DNA of 64,000 nucleotides, from NCBI GenBank assembly GCA_951406725.2, contig OX597814.1, positions 181,226,001-181,290,000 of the forward strand, written 5' to 3'. Positions 53,701 through 64,000 of the stretch are shown one piece after another (the first letter of the stretch is position 1; every line of letters starts with the position of its first letter). The notes below the pieces were generated by a model. The model made no database searches. It worked only from the letters and a program-made list of their open reading frames with translations, and was not told the DNA's origin. The DNA comes from Octopus vulgaris. Lineage: Eukaryota. The position numbers were made by a program, and so were the translations under genes.

Positions 53701-56700
53701 GAAAAGTTAGAAGATAAAGTATAAGAGAGCTAAAAGGCTGATTTTGAATGAAAGCATTTCAGAAGTGGATTGCAGGGAATGATACCTGAAAACTAGGTAG
53801 ATATAAGAAAAAGCAGTAGGATATTTGCCAATGCTTACGCTTAGAGGATGAGTAACATGAATGTTTTTGAATTGTGGGTCAGCATATTCAGATGCAGAAG
53901 TATATATGAAATAATATGAGACAACATGCCCTCAGAATAAAATATGGATAGGTTTTGCTTTGAAATAAAGGGTGGGACCTGTGGCAACTTCTCACAACAT
54001 TTGTGAAAAATCATCAGTTCTGGTAATAGTGAATAAAGCAATTAAAAAAACAAAAGCAGAAGTGCAGGTTCATCATTGACTTTCTAAAGACAGTTGAGTT
54101 TCATTAAGTATTATGTTAGCTGTACAGAATGTTTAAGTGAAGTTAATGCAGGGGAATGGAGCTGTAATCCCTATTTATCATAAAACAATTACAACAGAGG
54201 TTCTTAGCCAAGAGCAAGCAACATTATTGATCGGCTCCTATTTTTTGTGGTCTGATGCTAGATGTTGTGCTGCCCGTGATGCAGGTAATGGATACAAATG
54301 AATTCCAAATAAATTCTTTTCAACACAAACTCAGTAAAGATTTTAAAATATGTTAATCGCAGTAAAACAATTCTTTAAACATCCATTCTTTCATTAGATA
54401 TACATCTATAATCAATACTTTAAGTATCTACAGGCCTTGATGTAGCAGTAATAGGTATGTTCAATGCCAGTTGGCTATATTATTGATTTCTAACATTGGC
54501 ACAAATCCAATCATTTTGGAGTATAGTTTATGAACTCAACTCCAATACTTGACTATTACTTTATTTTATTGACTCTAGAATGAAAGACAAATATGACTAC
54601 TTGGCTATAATATTTCTTTAAGCACAAGACCAATTTTTGTTGATTGGTGTTTATTTTATAAACCATTTTTTTTTTCTTTTTTTTTTTTTTGGTGATGAAA
54701 AATGACCTCCAGTAGGATTTTGATTTTGGTTTGAGAAAGATGAAAGTAAATATTGTAATATAATAAGTCTGATGAAGTAGTGTCCTGATCATTTTCAGCT
54801 CCTTCCAGTAGCCTAAAATTTTAAAAAGCTGTCATCTTATAATAGAGAAAATGGTTCAATTCTATCAAGAAGGCATAAAGGATAAAATGTACACTTTGCA
54901 CCTGAAAGATTAAGGCTGGTGACAATGAAAGTTTAGTGGCATTTTAAATGTAATCAGTTGTTATAAATTGGATTTGTTTATAGATTTTAGTGAAACCCAT
55001 TATTGTTTCTTGCAAAAGATAATAATTGTACATCTGTAGAGTTTATTGATCTAATGGAATTGTTTATTGTGTAGTTATCAAAATTCATTTATTTCATATG
55101 TTTCTTATCCATATAAAATAGTTATATTCCAAACAGTTACAGATTCCAAAAGAGAAGAGAAAGTAGAAATGTTTGAATAAATATCATATTGCAGTTGGCA
55201 ACATTGTGTAATAAAAGAAGGCATTTTTGTACTTTAGAAAGCTAATCTTCAAAGCATATATTGAATATAGTGAAAGTGAGCATTATCTAATCTGTTACAA
55301 TAACAGTGAAGCTATGTAGCTTATGAATGGTGGTTACAGATAGCTTATGAATTACTTATTCTAAAGAATGGAATATCTTAAGATTAGTTATTTATCTATC
55401 TCTCTATCTGTACCAGTATACTATGCTCACAGTAAAAATAATGTGTAGTACCTACTTAATAGGTTTGTTAAAAAAAAAGAAAAAAAGATAATAAAATGCC
55501 TAATTGCCTGCTAGTTGGAACTGTACATTCTTTTTACAAAGTAAATATGGCTTTGAGCCATTGCTAACCTGATAGATTAATTTGTTATCCTTGAAGATGC
55601 AACCATCTAAACTGAATAGATGTAATAGATGCAATGCAAACACAATGAATCCTCTGTCATTTTCAGTGATGAGTATTTCAGTTATTTGATCAACTGAACT
55701 ACTCATTGAAGTATAGTGTAAGTGGCTAAACATTCCACAGGGACTTGTACCTTTAATGTATTTCTCAGGCAAAATTGGTATGATTACAAGCAGTATGGGA
55801 CAAAGATGGCTCTTTGAATTAAGGTGTTGTCCATCAAACAGGCTTTCATGCAAGTTCCTTCTACCCACTTTTAGTCATAAGGTTTGAGTGAGTCTGAGGC
55901 TACAAGAAATAAAAAAAAGAATCTAAAGTGCTATGCAATAGGATCAAACCCATGACCTCATGGTAGTGAAACGTTTTAACAATTTGGCCATCCCTCCACT
56001 TGCATGTGTGCGTGCACACATACACATGCAGACCCACATACATTGTGATATCCAGTATCGCCATTAATAATACAAACATTCATTGTTATGTTCAAGGTCA
56101 TAAATGAATAACAAAGGAGCTTGATACATCATTATTACAACAAAAAAAATATTAAGTGAATAGTCTGTATTTAAAGTTTACAATCACTCTACCAGGGTAC
56201 TATTGTTTTAGTCTCAACACATGATCGTAACTCAAATCACCTAGAATTTTTCAAGAGAAAGTTGAATCTGAAATATGTAATTTAGCCTTATATAGAAGCA
56301 ACACAGTAAAAACTTAACCAATACATGCCAGCATTAGTAATTCACATTGAAATGATGAGGGTATTGATATAATTTTCACATACTAATACATGAATATATA
56401 GTTTGAGTGTAGAAAGTAAGTTTAGGATTGACAGAATCATTAGCTTATTTGCAGTATATGTCCCAGTTTTTTACCTTCTACATTCACCTGCAATGACTCT
56501 TACCAAGCTCTGTTAGCTTTTTCCTCTAGACAACATTAGGGGCATGAAAAAGATTTGTTGTTGTTATTCCCTAAAGATGACCTTACTCAGGCTTGCAAGA
56601 GAGGAACCTTCCAAGTGCAACTACATGGTCAACCCTGACTCAGCAAAGAGATTTTTTTGCTTCAGTGTTAAATTTTTTTTTTTTTTTATGTATTATAGTG

Positions 56701-57677
56701 AATGTCTTAGGATTTATAATTACTAGTTATTCTTGATTTTAGAAAAGCTAGATGACTTTTGCAGAAATATTCAAACAGAAAGTACCTAATGAAAAGTAAA
56801 CTTTCAAAAGAACTTGGAATTTCATGGCTTGTAGGATCAAGTTTGCAGTATTTCTAAAGCACAGGACATTTTGATTATTCTTGATGGCTATAGTTTCTAA
56901 TGAGAAAATGTGACTGACACTTGTAACAATAGCTGCTGTCATTCTGTTGAAGAATGTACTCTGTTTGTAAGAAGGCAAAACAATACAACTAATGAGCAAA
57001 TCTTTGATTACCAGCAATCTTAAATCTTCTCATCCCTGTATATGTTATCCTTCAATTTTTCCATTATTAATATATAACATTCTTCAATGTTTCTCATTTA
57101 AAACTTAAGATTTATTAAGCACTCTTGACCTGTTTATATTCTATTAGACTATAAGTCAGAATAACTGAAAAATGTTTGTGAAATTGATCTTTTGTTTGAA
57201 TTGTTGCAGGTTAGCAAGTAAATATAGTCTTTATTTCTTTGGCTTCTTAAACCATTGTTACTGCCAACTATTGTTGCAACAAGGTCAGTTGTTTAGAACT
57301 TAACAGTTTAATCCCAACCCTTTTCAAAATTTCATGCAAGTTCCACCTCTTACAGTTTGCTGTTTCTTCCTGTTCACATATCCACCTGATTGTTACTGAC
57401 TTACAACAGTTCAAAGTAGATATCAGAACTATTTCAACTGCCCCCCTTTTTTTTTTGTTGATTACATGTAGACTTCAATAAACTTCATAACTAAATCTGC
57501 TTAGCAACACCACCCACTCAACCAGGGAGTAGCATCTATAGCAACTAAACATTTTGCTATTAAATTTGAAAGTGTTTTTTACACACACAACTTTCAAATC
57601 ACATAACCTGAAGTGGTTTATTTATTTATGAGGAATATTAAAATATACCACAACTATAAAGAGTTTGATTAAGCATT

Positions 57678-57718
<41 letters not shown>

Positions 57719-58199
57719 GATGGCACAGAAGTTCTAAAAAATTCAAAAGAAAGCATTTAATCTCATAGAAAAAATAATGAAAATGAAAGGTCTTTTAGTT
57801 GTCATTAATATTGTTCAGAAAAGAAATATGTTAATAATGTTGCAGGAAAAATGTATTATAAATGATATTTTCGCTAATTTTATATAAAAGTTTTAGAATT
57901 GTTTCACTATGATAAGATACACTCATTTAGTTCTCAAAATAGAGAATTCCAGATAAAATTAAGCATATCCCATTATATAATTATACATTATTGTATTGAT
58001 TCAAAAGTTTTGCAATATTTTGGTAACTTATTTGCTTTATTTGTCAAGTTAAGCAAAAGCAGCCTAGCATTCAAAGTAAAGGCCATCATGTTGCACTATC
58101 TGAAGCCACTTTTCTACCAGTTTTTTTATATCATGCTGTTACCAGTTCTTGTCCTTCAAAGTGAAGAACTCAAGCGCAATAAGTGAGCTATAGATTGGA

Positions 58200-58790
58200 A
58201 CAAGTAGTAGTCTGAGGGAGATATTTTTCTGCAGTCCTAATGTGCATCAGCATTGGTTAAGCAAAGGCCAGTTTCTAGAACCTGTCACCAAATACGAGTG
58301 TTTTGAACACAAGGCGATGTTCTGCATCTGTTGGAATTATGAGGGAATAATTCACTACGAGTTCATTCTGGACAGTCAAACCATTGATGCCAACCTGTAC
58401 TCTGAACAGCTGGAGCAGTTGTATGCAATAGTGTAGCAAAAATAATCTTCTGCAGCAAGACTATGACCCAGAATAAACTCCAAGAACTTGGGGGAATCAA
58501 GCTGTCACACCCACTATATAGTCCAGACCTAATTCCCTCAGATTATAACTTATTCCAATCTATGGCTCATTTCCTATGCTCTCGGTGCTTCATCAACCAA
58601 GAGGATGTGGAAACTTTAGAGAAAGAGTTCTTCATCTCAAAGGACAAGAACTGGTATCAACATGGAATCAAAGAACTGGCAGAAAGGTGGATTCAGACAG
58701 TGCAACATGGTGTCCTCTACTTTGAATGCTGGGTTGCAAATAAGTTAGTAAAATATTGCAAAATTTTTGACCCACCACAATACTTTTAGC
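58200..58790 (+). pseudogene. Mariner (Mos1-like) transposase remnant, catalytic domain C-terminal part
   Basis: KAMFCICWNYEGIIHYEF...TIDANLYSEQL and HPLYSPDLIPSDYNLFQSM...YQHGIKELAERW, including the YSPDL motif. Interrupted by stops and a deletion. Confidence 0.88.
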
Positions 58791-60909
58791 TGCTATATTT
58801 CTTTATGTCATAATGATTAAAACTATGCATTCCTTTTCATAATGGACATGGTTTCAGTATAAAATGTGTTATATATTGTCTGCTATGTTTATCATATAAA
58901 TCCTCAGATTAATATTACTGAACTAAATTTATATCCAGTATTGCCTGCCATAGTAAATGCATTTGACATTCTGGGTTTCAATATGAAGAGCTTTGGAAAA
59001 GAAATTCTGTGGTAGCTGATAAGGTGAAAGTAAATTTAGATATGTTGCTTGTTTATAAATATAAATAGCAATTCTTATTTGGTTACAAATCATGTTTCTA
59101 TTTTCATTTTGAAATTAATTTACAAACAAATTACTATAAATCTTTTACATGTATGAATGGTACAATATTCTACAGATATCTGTCAACTACACTGTAATAG
59201 CCTGCATAATATAATCAGGATCATGTTATACAAGAGTTTTTTGCAAAAAGAAAATTGTATATTAGAATAAAAATGTCTAATCTTATGTATGAACTCCTGA
59301 AAAAGAATATCTTGATTAAACGTTTAAATTAGAACCTAGGAGTGTAAGGTAGACAAAACAATCTTTTAAGTTGCTTATCTCTGTCTCCCCCTTCACCTCT
59401 CTTTTCATTTGCTTGATATATGTTGAACCTATTTATAGCTTTTCATATAATAAATGTGTGTGTGTGTGGATCTGTTAAGTAGAATTATAAATTTATTTCA
59501 ATTGAAATTCAAATGTGAGATTTTTGTGTTTTGACAACAGTAGAAACCATAAAATATCACATAATATACTATTTTCATTATTGTAATTCTCAACTAAGTA
59601 TCGCTATATAAAATTGCTGGCAAGATCCTGTGTTCCTAAGGTAGAAAGAAAGCAAAATTTCTCTTATGTGTAGCTGAAGCTGAATTTAATCAGATGAAGT
59701 TTCAGCACTGCTATAAAGGAAATGAAAATTGTTCCTATTATTATACTTTAGTGCTTTTGATTATTTCAGGATTACTTATAATGTTGGTTACATATTCTCA
59801 TCAACAGTGCATCGTCAAAAATATAAAAAGTAATGTTACATTACTTACTGAACAAACTGTAGAAGGTTCTTCAGATGGTTTATCATATATAACAAAAAAT
59901 TTTCAAATCTGATCATATGAATTAAATAAGCTCTCTTATTTATCAATAATATTTATTTTATTAACAAGTAGGGTAATTGTTTCAATTTAGCTAGGGGATA
60001 ATTTTATAAAAGTATTATTGCAGGTTTCTTATCAGGATCAATGTAACTGTTTGTGGTTTGGATCTAACCAGACATATTTTATCTTAAATGACATTGCCGA
60101 GGTTTTCTCTTCAAATATCAATTAATATACATATTTATATACAATATTAACTCTAGGATGACTTTGATTACTGAAGGTGTTTTTGTAGGATTTTTGTAGG
60201 GATGTGTTAAGAGAGTTAAGAAATGGAAATAATGAATAAATGGTTAAACTGATGCTATTCATTTTTGTCTTAATTATGTTGTATATGTATATAGTACAGT
60301 ATGTAGTTTCAGTATGTAGTTTTACGTCTAATGTACTTAATCTGAATATTTATGTTAATGTAAGGTGTGACAATTATTATTATAAAAAAACTTGTAACCT
60401 TTACAAAACATTTTAATGTTTACATTCTTTTATAATTCTGTGACAAGTAATCACTAATATCATTGTCTGTTCCCTCAAAAATATTGCCCCTTCTTACAGT
60501 GACAACATTTAAGTTGATGAGGATGAAATTGAGATAGACAACAATGTAATTGAGGCTAAAGATAACAAAACACAGGCTGACAAAGGTTGATAATGACAAA
60601 TTTGAGAGGAGAAAACCTGTATATCACACACACATTTGATCATTAAATCTAGATCTTGGTTTCATGCAAGTGTATAAACATATTTTGGATTTTCAGTGCA
60701 TATGAAATCAAGCTAGTCTATCTTCTATGTAAATCCATGCTATGGATTTAATGGTCTAATCACACAACAGATTATATATAATTCATAAGAATTTATTGAG
60801 CACTATGATGTTTTGCATATAAAATCTTAAACATGTGATTAATGTAATAAATCTAAATAATGTGTGTGTGTGTGTGCACATGCATGCAAATAATATTTAG
60901 ATTTATTAT

Positions 60910-61141
60910 AGGAGCACCATCTGATCGTGGCCGTTTGCCAGCCTCGTCTGGCACCTGTGCCGGTGGCACGTAAAAAGCACCCACTACATTCATGGAGTGG
61001 TTGGCGTTAGGAAGTGCAACCAGCCGTAGAAACATTGCCAGATCAGACTGGGCCTGGTGCAGCCTTCTGGCTTCCCAGACCCCAGTTGCACCGTCCAACC
61101 CATGCCAGCATGGAAAGCGGACGCTAAACGATGATGATGAT
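60910..61141 (+). mobile_element. Young 5'-truncated RTE LINE 3' end (subfamily B)
   Basis: gtgccggtggcacgtaaaaagcacc...ggttggcgttaggaagtgcaaccagccgtagaaac...ggaaagcggacgctaaacgatgatgatg with CpGs retained. ataggagc occurs at both flanks (~60908 and ~61140), a likely target-site duplication. Confidence 0.9.
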
Positions 61142-62479
61142 AGGAGCTCTTTATGTAGCATGGTAGTATATGGAAAAACCTACAGCAACTTGACATGAGC
61201 GAATTGGTCAGCTGCAAAGAGACTACAAAATTATAAGTCAGCAAAGTCATCAGGCTATCAAGCATATTAATGTTAGTAGAGTTGCTAAAAGCCCAGAGAT
61301 GAGTTCAGGTAAAGTTAATCACTAATAAATAAATAAATTAATATATATATAAACAGACTACATTGTTTCAGCATCATAAAAGAAATGTGACAAGAGATTA
61401 ATGTTTCATTAGAGATAGAAAGTATAAAGATTAACAGATAACACAAATAATGCAAGTATTAGTGAGGGTCAGAACAGTGTGTCATTTAGCTTTCCATAAT
61501 GAAATATAATGTATAGTTAGTGATTTAGTGTTATATTTAAAAAGTACTGTGACAGTGGATAAAAAAAAAAAAACAATATATTTATCGTAAGTCTTTCTCT
61601 AGGTCTATTAGGATTAGAGCCCTCTAAAGTTTTTTAAATATGTAAAACACCAAAATTCAAGTTCATCAACATCTTTGAAAAATAGCATTTTTCTTGAATC
61701 TTATGGCTAATAAAAAGATCATATTGATCACAAGATTAATGCTTAAAAAAGGAGTTCAATTTTACATTTTTGCTTTTTTATTCAGTACACATTTTTGATC
61801 CAATACCTATATTTATAACAGACAGTTTCAAGGAATTTATTCAGGAAAAAAGAGGCAAGAATGGTCATGTGAAAATGTTGGTTAAGACCAAACTGCTCCT
61901 AGTACAATACTATAATCAAAAAGAAGCAGGCATCAGTAGTGGTACATATATTGCATGCACTGAAGCATCTGGAAAAGACTAGTTAAGTTTGAACCATAGA
62001 TACATACATTATTGTCATCCTAGCAGGCACATTCCCATATCTGGTTGCCTTTGAAATTGGCAAGAATTATTGGTTCTATCAGCTTTGCACATCAGTGGGA
62101 TAGGAGTCACAATCACAAGCATTACCTATGCTTTACATAAATTCAATAATGGCCATTTCACTAAATCACCTGACTAGTGGCACTATATTTTTTTGGAGAC
62201 AGTTTCAGGAAAAGTTCTTCAAGAAAACAAGACACTATAGTTAACTTCAAGCCAAAATGCTCATCTTGTAATGGAAATATAAGCTTTTCATGGGTCATAT
62301 GAAAAGAGTATTGACAGACAAACATTTCTGATTAGAGCTTATGAAGAAGAAATAAGCTCTTCTGAAAGTTAATTTGTTATTGTGTAGAACCCAGAATTAC
62401 CCATAGGTTTTGAATTTATGTTACCCTTGTAGAAGATTAAAGAGTAAATGGTAGTAATAGTAGTAGAAGAAAAAGGGTT

Positions 62480-62960
62480 AGGGAGAGTGGTAGAATGTTA
62501 GACTAAATATGTTGCAATATTTAGTTAGGTCCCTTCATATTCTGAGTTCAGATCCCACCAGTTGACTTTGCACTTTCATCCATTATTCTATGGTTATTGA
62601 ATGGGGAACAATTTAACCAATTAGCTTCTCCTCCAAATTTCAGGCCTTGTGCTTACATCACAAACAATTATTGTTATTCATTGCCTTTCAACTTGCCAGG
62701 GTAAATTAAGTAATAGTAATATAAACTGGGGATCAGCTGTCTCCCTCATAAATTTGAGGCCGTGTCTCCCTCATGTCTCCTCATAAATTTGAGGCCTTGT
62801 GCCTGTGTAATATATCATTATTAGCTGTGTATGGGAAAAGCTGTAGTTGGCCTTCTATAATTCTGATATTGGTAAAAATGAGTACCAGCCAAGCACTGGT
62901 GTCAATTTAATCGATTGCTCCTGCCCCTATCAATTTGTGGCTTCAGGCCAATATTAGAAA
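62480..62960 (+). mobile_element. SINE family 2 with repeated 3' modules
   Basis: Head ...ttctgagttcagatcccacc, followed by several ..aaatttYaggccttgtgc-type ends (~62640, 62760, 62795, 62940). Confidence 0.55.
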
Positions 62961-62975
62961 CCCTAACCCTACTTT

Positions 62976-63322
62976 CATCATCATCATCATCGTTTAACGT
63001 CCGCTTTCCATGCTAGCATGAGTTGGACGATTTGACTGAGGGCTGGTGAACTAGATGACTGCACCAGGCTCCAACCTAATCTGGCAGAGTTTCTATAGCT
63101 GGATGACCTTCCTAACGCCAACCACTCCAAGAGTGTGGTAGGTGCTTCTTACATGCCACCGGTACAGGGCCAGCCAGGCGGTACTGGCAATGACCTTGCT
63201 CGAATCTTTTACACATGCCACCGGCATAGGTGCCAGTAAAGTGATGCTGGTAACGATCATGCTTGAATGGTGCCTTTTACGTGCCACCGGCACAGAGGCC
63301 AGATAGCTGCTCTGGCAACGAT
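62976..63322 (-). mobile_element. RTE LINE 3' end (subfamily A), 5'-truncated in the subrepeat array
   Basis: catcatcatcgtttaacgtccgctttccatgctagcatg..., closely colinear with 37593-37920. Confidence 0.9.
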
Positions 63323-63857
63323 AGAATTTTGTCTTGCTTGAATTTAATGTTTTTGTTAATTTGTATTTAAATATATTTTTGTATTTGTTCTCACCCCATT
63401 ACAAAGATGTTATGACTTGACTTTAAAATTGTGTACAATTATTTTCATTTAATATTCTAAAACTGCCTGGTAGATTTAGAAATACAGTTATTTAGGTGGG
63501 GTTTTTTTTTACTTATCTAACTTTAATTCAACTGATTGATTTTATACAATTTCACTCTAAAAAAAGTATTTGTATACAAGGTCTTTGCTAATATTCACCA
63601 AATTGTTATAGTTGTTGTCTGGATTAAAACATTTTCAAGTTTATTTCCTGAATTTAGTAAAATCTTAATGGTGTTTAACATTGTCTTTTACTAAGCTAAC
63701 ATGGAATTCTTATATTTATCCTGTCTATAGAACAAGGAATCAATTTGTGTTAAATCATCATCTCATTGTCCTGTAATTAAAGTTATGAATGGTCTCAAGA
63801 TGGTAGTTACTTATTTTCTCTCTCAGTGTATGTTATGTGTAAATATTTATCTTTCAG

Positions 63858-64000
63858 CTTAACAGCATTCAGGAGGTATGAAAGATGAAAAAATGGTTGA
63901 AAAGGTTCATAGAGGGATAAAAGCTGAATGGACTGACTACTACTACTACTGCTACTGCTGCTGCTACATCAACAGCTGCCAAAGCTCCTGCCACTACTGA
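63858..64000 (+). other. Candidate downstream exon (possibly 5' UTR) of the plus-strand gene, running off the window
   Basis: Acceptor-like atttatctttcag| at 63857, followed by a composition shift with (ACT)n/(GCT)n repeats. Only short ORFs. Confidence 0.3.

Noticed and set aside
61818-62265. Weak direct similarity between ~61818-61900 and ~62197-62265 (gacagtttca..ggaa..ttcaRgaaaa)
   Set aside because: Too short and diverged to interpret.
62961-62971. ccctaacccta telomere-like motif
   Set aside because: Under two units; chance.

Overview
AT-rich, repeat-dense eukaryotic genomic DNA, most likely from a coleoid cephalopod such as Octopus (inferred from the repeat families, not verified). It contains no complete protein-coding gene. 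A CpG-retaining bidirectional promoter at about 5.5-6.1 kb drives two divergent genes, each with a very short first coding exon (minus: MALKSAVHE; plus: MSGKAEKT). Most of the rest looks like one very long plus-strand intron. It is filled with CR1-group LINE fragments in giant (TA)n/(TATG)n/(TG)n arrays, RTE LINEs (one nested in another), tRNA-derived SINEs, mariner remnants, and Helitron-like and piggyBac-like non-autonomous pieces. Almost all long ORFs in the track are microsatellite artefacts or LINE/mariner remnants. The most notable signal is RNA structure. (1) A type I hammerhead ribozyme with a complete catalytic core (21214-21275, minus) lies in a small hairpin-rich, (TA)n-flanked element. 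(2) A 345-bp unit in inverted plus partial-tandem arrangement (1061-1756) carries two decayed hammerheads whose consensus is canonical. (3) Further decayed hammerheads occur, some sharing an unusual A.A stem II base. (4) The CR1-group LINE and a SINE share a covarying 3' stem-loop tail. (5) The RTE 3' UTR carries a variable array of ~63-66-nt hairpin/pseudoknot modules.
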